A DNA stretch of 64,000 bases from an uncultured Holophagales bacterium (GTDB lineage Bacteria > Acidobacteriota > Thermoanaerobaculia > Multivoradales > UBA5704). Every line of letters begins with the position of its first letter. Position 1 is the stretch's first letter. Positions 1 to 8,818 of this stretch are shown here, one piece after another. The notes below the pieces were generated by a model that worked only from the letters and a program-made list of their open reading frames with translations, was not told the DNA's origin and did no database searches. Position numbers and translations under genes: made by a program. The DNA is taken from positions 64,001 to 128,000 of the forward strand of contig CAWJGT010000014.1 of NCBI GenBank assembly GCA_963842525.1, written 5' to 3'.

Positions 1-1749
1 GCCGCCATGGGTGCCGACCACCGGGCCCATCTCGGCGACGATCAGCTCGTGGACGTCGAAGCTCTGCTGGACCAGGGCCCGCAGGCGGTCGGCCCAGACC
101 GGCGCCTTGGCGTGGGCGATGCTCACCACCACCGGACGCCGGGGATCGACCCGCTGCCGGAACAGCTCGATGAGCCGCGGCTGCGCCGCCCGGCCGCCAC
201 GCACCTTGTCGACGGCCGCCACCTCGCCGTCGACCACGCCGAGGATCGGCTTGACCCCGAGGAGGTTGCCCAGGAAGGCCCGCCCCTTGCCGATCCGGCC
301 GCCGCGCGCCAGGTAGTCGAGCGTATTGACCGCGAAGAGGACGTGGACGCGCCCGCGCATCGTCTCCAGGCGGTCCACGATCGCGTCGGGGTCGAGACCC
401 CGCCGCGCCATGCGGGCGGCGAAGAGCGCGAGCATGCCGAGCCCGAGGCTGACGCTGTTGCCGTCGACCACCCGCAGCACGGCCGGCTCGGCCGCTCCGC
501 GCGCCTGCTGGATCTCGGGGAGGCCCTCCTCCGCCGCCCCGCGCGCATGGACCACGGTCTGCGAGAGCTTCTCCGAGATGTGCACCGAGACCAGGTCCTT
601 GTGCGGCGCCAGCGCGCGGTAGACCTCCAGGAAGTCGGCTTTGGGCGGCGGGCTGGTGCGCGGGTGGACCGCGCCCGATTCGAGCTGCTCGTAGAACTCC
701 TTGGGCCGGAGGTCGACTCCGTCGTGATAGACCCGGTCGCCGAAGTGCACCAGCAGCGGCACGACGTGAATGCCGTGGGCGCGCGCCAGCTCGGGCGGCA
801 GGTCGGAGGTCGAGTCGGTGACCACGCGGACGAGGTCCTGCGGCTCATCCAGAGCGACGATGCCGAGCTCGCGCAGCCCCAGCAGGTCGCGGAGCACCTC
901 GCCGTCGGTCGCCGGCAAGGCGTCGATCAGGCGGCCGACGCTGCCGCAGCTCGGCACCGCCACGAGCAGCTCTTGCTGGCGCGGGCTGAAGCTGCTCTCG
1001 AAGAAGGTGGGACCGACCTCGACGCGCACGCGGGAGCGCGGGTCGGGCGCGTCATGGACGTTGTCTTCCAGCGCCAGGATGACCAGCGACGTGAGATCCA
1101 TGCGGATCTCCTGGTCCGCCTTGACCGGACCGGTCAGGTCGGGAGGCCGAAGCTGGACCCAGAACGGTCCGGTGCCCAGATGGCTCAGCCGGCAGAAGGC
1201 CTTGAGCGCGGTGGCCCGGCCGGCCTCGGCCGCGATCACCTCGCCGTCCTCCAGCGTGATCTTCCCTTCGGCACAGACCATGCGCCCGGTGGCGCGGGCC
1301 CTCTGGAGGCCGCGCAACAGCTCGAGGAGGGGGAGGAGCGAGAAGTCGCCGACCAGCGATTCCAGCCGCTCGTCCGGCTCGAGACCGATCTCACGTCCGA
1401 GGAGAACCAGGTGGATGCGACGCACCAGGTCGGCGGCGTCGAGCCCGCCGGCCTGGAGGAAGAGGATCTCCTCCGGGAGGTCCCGCCCCTCCTGCTCGTC
1501 ATGGCCGAAGAGGAGCAGGGTCTGCTGGTGACCGTTGGCCGAGAACCGTTCGATGACGGGAAACCCGCCGTGGGCGGCCAGCTCGGCCGGCGCCACGACG
1601 ATGCCGGGCCCGAGCTGTTCGAGGAAGAGCAACCCCTGCTGCGCATGCACCGCCGGGACGACCTCATACCCGAGCTCCGTCAGGCCGTGGGAGATCTCCT
1701 TGCGGCGGGACGCTTCGGGATCGACGACCAGGACGGCGGGACGGGGCAC
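1..1749 (-). CDS. Pseudo-receiver + DUF4388/PATAN-like + DegV fatty-acid-binding domain fusion protein (3' end runs off the window)
   Basis: Not in the ORF track. Manual translation from GTG at 1749 (RBS GAGGAAGG): MPRPAVLVVDPEASRRKEISHGLTELGYEVV (REC-like), LVGDFSLLPLLELLRGLQRARATGRM (DUF4388-like), then DegV motifs VVTDSTSDLP, HISEKLSQT, TLDYLARGGRIG, VKPIL and GPVVGTHGG. Confidence 0.8.
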   Translation of the reverse strand, partial: MPRPAVLVVDPEASRRKEISHGLTELGYEVVPAVHAQQGLLFLEQLGPGIVVAPAELAAHGGFPVIERFSANGHQQTLLLFGHDEQEGRDLPEEILFLQAGGLDAADLVRRIHLVLLGREIGLEPDERLESLVGDFSLLPLLELLRGLQRARATGRMVCAEGKITLEDGEVIAAEAGRATALKAFCRLSHLGTGPFWVQLRPPDLTGPVKADQEIRMDLTSLVILALEDNVHDAPDPRSRVRVEVGPTFFESSFSPRQQELLVAVPSCGSVGRLIDALPATDGEVLRDLLGLRELGIVALDEPQDLVRVVTDSTSDLPPELARAHGIHVVPLLVHFGDRVYHDGVDLRPKEFYEQLESGAVHPRTSPPPKADFLEVYRALAPHKDLVSVHISEKLSQTVVHARGAAEEGLPEIQQARGAAEPAVLRVVDGNSVSLGLGMLALFAARMARRGLDPDAIVDRLETMRGRVHVLFAVNTLDYLARGGRIGKGRAFLGNLLGVKPILGVVDGEVAAVDKVRGGRAAQPRLIELFRQRVDPRRPVVVSIAHAKAPVWADRLRALVQQSFDVHELIVAEMGPVVGTHGG

Positions 1750-1940
1750 GTGACAAATCCTTCCTCGAAAACGCCTCTGACGGAGTTGACCCTGGCTGCC
1801 GGGACGTAGGAAGCATAAACCCTCCAGGGCCGGATGGTAAGAGTCTTCACCCGCAGAGAGCCGGCCTGGCTGGCAGCTCTTGACCAGCATAAACCCGGCC
1901 GAGGGCGGGCGCCCCCGGCCAGGGACCTACCGGCGGGCGC

Positions 1941-2375
1941 CTACTCCTCCGGAGGGAGGAAGAAGCCTTCGGCGACCAGGGTGATGGTGGCGGCGGTGGT
2001 CGACTTGATCGAGATGTCGTGGAAGCACTCGCCCAATGGAGCGCAGAGCCGCGGGACGGCGAACGAGCTCTCAGTACCATTGACGTAGCTAACCACGGAG
2101 GCCGAGGGCTCGACGCCGTCGTACTGCCACAGCTTGAGAGTGCCGGCCGAGCTGGACGTGATGATCACGGCGACCTCCACGGCGGTCGCCTCGTCGGGGA
2201 TGGCGCAGACGCCACGGACGTCGATGTCGGTAGTGGTATTGGCAGTGAGCGAACCCGAGTGCACCTGGCACGGGTTCAGAGCGACGTGGAGGCTGGGCGC
2301 TGCATTCGATTGCGCCTGGACGGCCGAAGTGGCCGCGAGGGTCAACAGCAGTCCTACTACCAGGAATCGCTTCAT
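1941..2375 (-). CDS. Secreted hypothetical protein (beta-rich, 4 Cys)
   Basis: Signal peptide MKRFLVVGLLLTLAATSAVQA; RBS GAGGAGG upstream. Confidence 0.7.
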   Translation of the reverse strand: MKRFLVVGLLLTLAATSAVQAQSNAAPSLHVALNPCQVHSGSLTANTTTDIDVRGVCAIPDEATAVEVAVIITSSSAGTLKLWQYDGVEPSASVVSYVNGTESSFAVPRLCAPLGECFHDISIKSTTAATITLVAEGFFLPPEE

Positions 2376-2538
2376 ATTTCCTCCTCGTGGTTCGGAAGTC
2401 GGGAAAGTCCGGCCCCGAGTCTAGCCTTGCATAGCCATATCAGTATACGTCAACAGCCTTTCAACCGTCGTGGCCCGGGAGCTCCGGCGGCGCTCCTGCC
2501 GGAGAGAGGAGAGGATCAGGGGACAGGGGGGTGAGGGT

Positions 2539-3276
2539 CTACCGCACTTCGAAATCGGCGATCACAGGCAGGTGGTCGCTGGCCACCCGGCTGACCTTGA
2601 GCAGGCAGCGGCGCACCCCGGCGAGCCGGAGGGGGCCGCGGTAGTAGATGCGGTCGAGGGGACCCTGGGGAGAGAAGGACGGGTAGGTCCGGATCGTCCG
2701 CCGCCGGCCGTTGCCGCCGTCGGTGGCGCACTGGAAGCCGAGGCCGTCGGTGAAGACCGGCCAGAGGAGCGAGCGCCAGTCGTTGAAATCGCCGCCCACC
2801 AGCATGGCGGTGCCCGGAGCCATGCCGCCGAGCTCGTTCGAGCGCGCCAGCAGGCTCACCTGCTTGAGGCGCTCGCGGGCGGACAGGCCCAGGTGCAGGT
2901 TGAAGACCTCCAGGCTCCGCCCAGCCTTCAGCTCGATGCTGGTGTGCTGGCAGCCGCGGCGGATCCAGCTCTCGGCCACCGAGAGGTCGATGTTGCGCTC
3001 GCGCAGGATCGGGAACCGGCTGAGGGTGGCGTTGCCATAGCGCCCCCGGCGCAGGCTGACGTTGTGCCCGACGGCGTAATGGGGATATTCCGAGGCCTCG
3101 GCCAGCTCCTTGGCCAGGTCGAGCTCGCGCGAGCGCGGCGCGCCTTCGTCGACCTCCTGCAGCAGGACCAGGTCCGCGTCGTAGTGACGAAGCACCTCGA
3201 CGATGCGCTCGGGGCGAAAGCGGCGGTCGACACCGATCGCCCGGTGGATGTTGTACGTCAGGATTCTGAGCTGCAA
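2539..3276 (-). CDS. Endonuclease/exonuclease/phosphatase (EEP) family protein
   Basis: Motifs LTYNIH, DLVLLQEV, GNATLSR, GDFND, LDRIY, ASDHLP. Confidence 0.87.
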   Translation of the reverse strand: MQLRILTYNIHRAIGVDRRFRPERIVEVLRHYDADLVLLQEVDEGAPRSRELDLAKELAEASEYPHYAVGHNVSLRRGRYGNATLSRFPILRERNIDLSVAESWIRRGCQHTSIELKAGRSLEVFNLHLGLSARERLKQVSLLARSNELGGMAPGTAMLVGGDFNDWRSLLWPVFTDGLGFQCATDGGNGRRRTIRTYPSFSPQGPLDRIYYRGPLRLAGVRRCLLKVSRVASDHLPVIADFEVR

Positions 3277-3508
3277 ACCGACGACTCGCCTCCTCGATGT
3301 CCGGGCCGGATGCCGGCCCGCAGGACTCCGACTATAGTAGCCGGATGCCGCCCCTCTACACGATCGGAGCCCTGGCGGGGGCCGGAATCAAGTATATGCA
3401 CGAGCCTGGCCTGGGAAGCCGGAGGACGCCCCGCCCCGATTCGCCGAACACCGCCTGGCGGGTGGAGGGGCGGCTGGTCTATAGCGGGCCGCAGGGAGGG
3501 CTGTTCGA

Positions 3509-5824
3509 GTGAAGCCCTCACCCCCCGGGGTGAGGGCCATCCTCGTCCTCGCTCTCCTCCTCTGGGCGTGGGTGAGCGTGCCGACGTTGCTGGGACAGCG
3601 GACGTTCTACCTGCGCGACGTGTTCCTCACCCACCTGCCTTTCAAGGCGTTCGGAGCCGAGCAGCTCCGGGAAGGGCGCATCCCGGCGCTCAATCCCACC
3701 TGGGGGCTGGGGCAGGCCTTCCGGGGGAACCCCAACGCGCTGGCCTTCTATCCAGGCAACCTGGCCTACCTGGCGCTGCCGTTCTGGAGCGCCTTCAACC
3801 TTCATTATGCCCTGCACTGGCTGATCGCCTTCCTGACCATGCGGGCGCTGGCGCACGGCCTCGGGCTGGGGCGCGCCGGGGCGCTCATGGCGGCACTGAG
3901 CTGGGCGGGCTCGGGATGGATGCTCTCCGCCCTGACCTTCTACAACTCGCTCACGGTGGCCGCATGGTGGCCGCTGGTCCTCCTCGGCGCCGTCCGGGGT
4001 GGCCGGTCCGGCATCGCCCTGGGCGGATTGGCCTGCGGGCTCGCCCTGCTCGGCGGCGAGCCGGTCCTGGCGGCGCTCGGCCTCGTGCCTCTCCTGGCGC
4101 TGGCGGTCCAGAGCCACGGCGGACGCAAGGGGCTGGGGACCGCCGTGGCAATCGGAACCGTGGGCCTGCTCGTCGCGCTGCCGCAGGTCGTCGCGACCGC
4201 CCGGATCCTGCCGTTCACCTTCCGCGGGAGCCAGGGCGTGTCCGCCGAGCAGGCGGCGGACTACACGCTGCATCCGCTGCGCCTGCTCGAGCTGGTCTTC
4301 CCATTTCCATTCGGCCTGCCCAACTTCGTGGGCAGCCAGGGGATCTGGACGTCCTCGATCCTTCCGGGCATACCCCTGTGCTTGACCCTCTACTGCGGCG
4401 TCGTCGCTCTCTGGCTGGCCGCGTCCGCGATGCGCCGCCACCGTCTCTGGGCATGGCTGGCCGCGGCGGGCCTGGTCCTGGCGATCGCGGCCGGCTCGTG
4501 GGGTGAGCTGCTGGTGACCGCCAGCTTCGGTCTCTTCCGCTTTCCCGAGAAGTTCCTTTTCTGGTACGCATTAGCTCTCCCCCTCCTGGCCGGCTGGGGG
4601 CTGGAGCGGGCGCTCGCGGGCGATCTGGGCGATTTCAGAAAGTGGAGACGGCTTGCGATCGTGGCCGGCGGCCTCGCGCTCGTCCTGGCCGTGGCCGTCC
4701 TCGCCGCCGGACCGGTGTTGGTCCGGGGTGTCTCGGGCCAGCTCGCGAATGCGCCGGAGGAGCAGCGGAACGCGGCCCTGGACGTCCTCTCCACGCAGGT
4801 CGCGGCCTGGGCTCTCGGCTGGGCCATCGCCGGCGCGGCGCTGCTCCTGGCTTTTCTCGCGACCGGCGGCCGGGTGCAGGGGAAGCCCTGGCAGCCGGCG
4901 CTGCTCCTGGGCCTTCAGCTAGCGACCCTCCTCCAGCTCCGGCCGCTGGTCCACACCGACTCGACCGCCCCGTACCGCGATCCGTCGCCCTGGGCCCGCC
5001 GGCTCGGGCCGGGCACCGCGGTGGTCCACGAAGGGCAGCTTTTCCCGACCTGGATCAAGGATCCTCCCTATCGGGTCCCGGGCGGGCCGCGAGCGGTGCT
5101 CGAACAGGTCACGGCGCTCGACCTCGACTTCGCTCCGGGCATCCTGCACGGCCTGACCTACCCGCTGGTGCCCGACCTGGAGGGCATGCAGACGCCGCTC
5201 TTCCCGCCGATGCTCCATGCCATGGCCGAGCTCGGCTGGGACGGCCGTGTCCGCTGGATGCGTTCCGTCGGCCTCCAGGCGGCCGTGCTCTTCGAAGACC
5301 CACACACGCCCGGCCTGCGGCTGCTCGACCAGGTGGAGCGCTACGGGGTCGACACCCGGCTCTACGCCGTGGTCGCCCCCGCGCCGAAGGTCTGGTGGCC
5401 GCGGGAGCTGATTCCGGCTCCCATGCCAGCCGACGCCGTGCGCGTGGTGAGCACGCTCCCCGATCCGGTCGCCGTCGTTGCGGCCCCGCCCTTTGCAGGG
5501 ATCGTCCACGATCCGGCCGGCCGCGTCCGGCTGCTCGCCGAGGAGCCGGACCGGATCGAGGTCGAGGTGGAGGGCCGCGGCGGGATCGCGGTTGTTCGCC
5601 GGGCCTTCCATCCACTCTATGAGGCTCGCGCGGACGGGCAGAGGCTGCGGACCTTGCCGGTCAACCTCAACCTGCTGGGCCTGGCCGTGCCTCCCGGGAA
5701 GCACCGGGTGGTCCTGGACGTCTCCGCGGGGCCGGAGATCGCGGCTTCCGTGATCGGCCTGGTGGCGGTCGCGGCGGCTCTCGGCGTGCTGTGGCGGGGC
5801 CGCCCCCTGCGGTCCTTGCAGTAG
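3509..5824 (+). CDS. YfhO-like polytopic membrane protein (putative GT-C glycosyltransferase)
   Basis: N-terminal RDVFLTHLPFK...GRIPALNPTWGLGQAFRGNP...FYP, many TM helices, C-terminal VNLNLLGLAVPPGKHRV typical of YfhO. Confidence 0.75.
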   Translation: MKPSPPGVRAILVLALLLWAWVSVPTLLGQRTFYLRDVFLTHLPFKAFGAEQLREGRIPALNPTWGLGQAFRGNPNALAFYPGNLAYLALPFWSAFNLHYALHWLIAFLTMRALAHGLGLGRAGALMAALSWAGSGWMLSALTFYNSLTVAAWWPLVLLGAVRGGRSGIALGGLACGLALLGGEPVLAALGLVPLLALAVQSHGGRKGLGTAVAIGTVGLLVALPQVVATARILPFTFRGSQGVSAEQAADYTLHPLRLLELVFPFPFGLPNFVGSQGIWTSSILPGIPLCLTLYCGVVALWLAASAMRRHRLWAWLAAAGLVLAIAAGSWGELLVTASFGLFRFPEKFLFWYALALPLLAGWGLERALAGDLGDFRKWRRLAIVAGGLALVLAVAVLAAGPVLVRGVSGQLANAPEEQRNAALDVLSTQVAAWALGWAIAGAALLLAFLATGGRVQGKPWQPALLLGLQLATLLQLRPLVHTDSTAPYRDPSPWARRLGPGTAVVHEGQLFPTWIKDPPYRVPGGPRAVLEQVTALDLDFAPGILHGLTYPLVPDLEGMQTPLFPPMLHAMAELGWDGRVRWMRSVGLQAAVLFEDPHTPGLRLLDQVERYGVDTRLYAVVAPAPKVWWPRELIPAPMPADAVRVVSTLPDPVAVVAAPPFAGIVHDPAGRVRLLAEEPDRIEVEVEGRGGIAVVRRAFHPLYEARADGQRLRTLPVNLNLLGLAVPPGKHRVVLDVSAGPEIAASVIGLVAVAAALGVLWRGRPLRSLQ

Positions 5825-5860
5825 GATGGCCCCCTGCACTTCTCTGGAGGAATCAATCCC

Positions 5861-6367
5861 ATGGGTATCAGTCAGACGTTGCTGCCGGAATACGACATCG
5901 AGATGGCAACCACCCGCAAGCTGCTCGAGCGGGTTCCTGAAGACCGCTTTTCCTGGCAACCGCACCAGAAGTCGATGAGCCTGGGCCGGCTCGCCACGCA
6001 CATCGCCGAGCTGCCCGGCCTGGGCCATCGCGTCGTGACGCAGGAGTCGGTCAACATGGCCCCGCCGGGAGGCGAGGGCTACAAGCCGAGGACCCTGGAG
6101 ACGCGGCAGGAGGTCCTGGACCTGTTCGACAAGAACGTCGCCAAGGCGCGCGAGGCGATCGAGGGCACCGAGGACCCGGCGTACTCCCAGCCCTGGTCGC
6201 TCCTGCGCGGCGAGCAGACGATCTTCACCTTCCCCCGGGCCGCCGTGCTGCGCAGCATGCTGTTCAGCCACATCATCCATCACCGCGGGCAGCTCAGCGT
6301 CTACCTGCGGCTCAACGACATCCCTGTGCCGTCGATCTACGGGCCGTCGGCAGACGAGACGATGTAA
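5861..6367 (+). CDS. DinB family protein
   Basis: KSMSLGRLATHIA and HIIHHRGQLSVYLR histidine motifs; RBS GGAGG. Confidence 0.87.
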   Translation: MGISQTLLPEYDIEMATTRKLLERVPEDRFSWQPHQKSMSLGRLATHIAELPGLGHRVVTQESVNMAPPGGEGYKPRTLETRQEVLDLFDKNVAKAREAIEGTEDPAYSQPWSLLRGEQTIFTFPRAAVLRSMLFSHIIHHRGQLSVYLRLNDIPVPSIYGPSADETM

Positions 6368-6449
6368 GGACCTCGCCCCCTCTGTCCCCATCGCCGCGAG
6401 CTTTGCGCCGAAGGAGTCCTGGGACGGAGAACGGCACAGTCCGGCCATA

Positions 6450-6690
6450 GGGGCCCCGGTCCCTGCGGCCGGGACCACAAGACGCGTCCGGGTTTCGCGA
6501 TCCGTGTTGCGGGGACCGCTCAACGCGTGACGCGGACCGTGGCCCCTGTGACCGGAGGAGTGGTCCCTATGGCTGGGACCGGGGTCCCTGCAGCGCGGAC
6601 CGCGAAAGGCGGTCCGGACCCGCGAGCCCAGTCACACGGACCATGGCCCGCAGTCCGCGTTGCGTGGTCCCCGCGACGCGGACCCCTTCC
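6450..6690. repeat. Degenerate 21-nt period tandem repeat
   Basis: GGACC recurs at 6513, 6534, 6576, 6597, then 6638, 6680 (multiples of 21), with interspersed GGTCCC. Confidence 0.5.
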
Positions 6691-6785
6691 ATCCCCCTCC
6701 GGGAGAGGGGGAACGTTGATCGAGAATTCTCCCCTCTCCCGGGGATGGGAAGGGTGGGAGATGGGAGATGGGTCGGGTGTGAGGA
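6684..6785. repeat. GC-rich palindromic repeat (CCTCACCCCC/GGGAGAGGGG family), degenerate copy
   Basis: CCCCTCTCCCCGGGGATGGGAAGGGTGGGAGATGGGAGA...GTGAGG matches other copies in the window. Confidence 0.6.
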
Positions 6786-6789
6786 TCTA

Positions 6790-7350
6790 CGGCTGCGCCA
6801 CCACGAGGGCTTTCGAGCTTCCCGCTCCTGCACCGCAGCCGCAAGTTGCCGCAGCAGCGAAGGGACGATGCTGAGAAGGCAGGTGACGCCTTCCTCCGCC
6901 ATGCGGTCTTGTAGGGCCTCAGGATCGCGCGCCACATCGTCAGGGACGACCACGAGCCGCGCCCCGGCCGCGAGCGGCCCGAAGGTGTCACGCAGCGATG
7001 CATCGAAGGTGAGGGGTGCGAGCTGCAGCACCACGTCGGCCTCGGTGATCCCGTAGGTCTCCAGGATCCGCGACAGGTAGTCAGCCGCCCCACCATGATG
7101 GGCCAGGATCCCCTTGGGCCGGCCGGTCGAGCCGGAGGTGTAGGTCACGTAGGCGGCATCGAGCGGTCCAGCGACGGGAGAGGGTCGCTCTTCCGGCTCA
7201 TCCGCGAGCGCGTCCGGGACGAGGCTCGCGGCAGAGGCAAGCGACCGGGACGTTGTAGAACGCGCTCCCCGGCTCCAGGCGGTCGAGCACCCAGAGGCGC
7301 TGCTGCGCGAAGGAGAGCGCCGAGGATCTGGGGGATGGGAAAGCTCCGCC
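6790..7350 (-). pseudogene. Internally deleted NRPS remnant (C-domain start joined to A-domain core)
   Basis: LSFAQQRLWVLDRLEPGSAFYNVP (~7320-7250) lies about 100 nt before AAYVTYTSGSTGRPKG...LTFDASLRD, which then ends in a palindromic repeat. Confidence 0.65.
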
Positions 7351-7395
7351 CGTTAGATCCTGACATTCGTGGGCTCGCGCAAACCGCCTCAACGA

Positions 7396-7452
7396 CGTCC
7401 CCCCTCTCCCGGTCGGAGGGAGGGCGATGGGAGAGGGGGACAGGGGGTGAGG
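7396..7452. repeat. Palindromic repeat half-copy abutting the SHMT stop codon
   Basis: CGTCCCCCCTCTCCCGG...GGGAGAGGGGGACAGGGGGTGAGG. Confidence 0.7.
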
Positions 7453-8818
7453 CTACACAGCCATCGCGGCCCGGCTCGCGTAGCGCGGCACGGTGTGCAG
7501 GCGGCAGAGCTCCCGCACGCGGGCGATGACTCCTTCGCGGACCGCCCCGTCCAGCTCGTATTCGCGATCGCCCAGCGGACGGACGGCGGCGAGCACGCGG
7601 CGGACCAGGGCGGCACATTCCTCCATCTCCGGCGGCCCCATCTCACGCAGGGCCACGCTGTTGGTGCCCAGGCGCACGCCGCTGGTGATCACCTGGGCTC
7701 CGGGTATCCCCCGGAATGCGGTTCTTGTTGACCACGATATGGCACGCCTCCAACGCCCGCTCGGCCACGATGCCGGTCACCCCGGCGCTCCTGTGGACGT
7801 CCAGGATCACCAGGTGATTGTCCGTGCCGCCCGAGATCACCTCATACCCGTGGGCGGCGAAGCACAGCGCGAGCGCCTTGGCATCGTCCACGATCCGCCG
7901 CGCCAGACCGCGGAACTCCGGGGTGGTCAGCCGCGCCAGGGCCCGCGCCTTGGCGGCAATCACATTGAGCACGGGCGCCCCCTGGAAGAGCGGAAAGATC
8001 CCCTTCTGCATCGACTCGGCGAGCGTGCGGCCGAGCGCGCCGGGCGACGGCGCGTCCCAGTCCTTCCCCATCAGGATCAGGCCGCCCCGCGGGCCGTAGA
8101 GCTGCTTGTGCGTACAGGTGGTCGTGATGTGTGCATGATCGATCGGGCTGGGATGGAGCCCCGCCGCGACCAGCCCCGCAATATGCGTGATATCGGCGAG
8201 CAGCCACGCCCCGACCTCGTCGGCGATCTGCCGGAAGCGGGCGAAGTCGATGGTCCGCGGAAAGGCGGTCGTGCCGCAGATGATCAGCTTCGGCCGGTGC
8301 TCAAGGGCCAGCTCCCGCACCCGGTCGTAGTCGATGGCGCCGTCCGGGGTGACACCATACCCGACGGCATCGAAACAGCGGCCCGAGATCGAGACCTTGG
8401 CGCCGTGGGTCAGGTGCCCGCCCGCGCTCAGGTCCATGCCCAGCAGGGTGTCCCCCGGCCGCAGCAGGCTGAACATGACCACCTCGTTGGCAGTGGTCGC
8501 CGAATGGGCCTGCACATTGGCGTAGCGAGCGCCGAACGCGGCCTTGGCGCGGTCGATCGCCAAGCTCTCGATCTCGTCGATGACCTCGCAGCCGGCGTGG
8601 AACCGCGCACCCGGATACCCTTCCGCGGTCACATTGCCCGCCACCGTGGCAGTGCAGGCCAGGACGGACGGGTCCATCACACTGGAGGCCGCAACCAGGG
8701 TCAGGACCTCGCTCTGGCGCTGCAGCTCGCGCTCCAGCAGATCGGCCAGGAGCGGATCGTCCTGATACAGGAGATCGACCCCATTGGCGATGAAATCCCC
8801 CAGGCTCGTATCTCTCAT
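7453..8818 (-). CDS. Divergent serine hydroxymethyltransferase (GlyA-like, PLP-dependent), cluster-associated; one frameshift near 7690
   Basis: AEGYPGARFHAGCE, GGHLTHG, ADITHIAGLVAAG, TTCTHKQLYGPRGG, GGTDNHL, NKNRIP; C-terminus TSGVRLGT continues in ORF 7453..7692. ATG at 8818 overlaps the NRPS TGA (ATGA). Confidence 0.87.

Noticed and set aside
7-1809. 600-aa plus-strand ORF
   Set aside because: Antisense shadow of the minus-strand DegV fusion; no recognisable motifs.
7453-8818. Housekeeping glyA
   Set aside because: Several active-site motifs deviate and the gene is translationally coupled to an NRPS, so the symbol was withheld.
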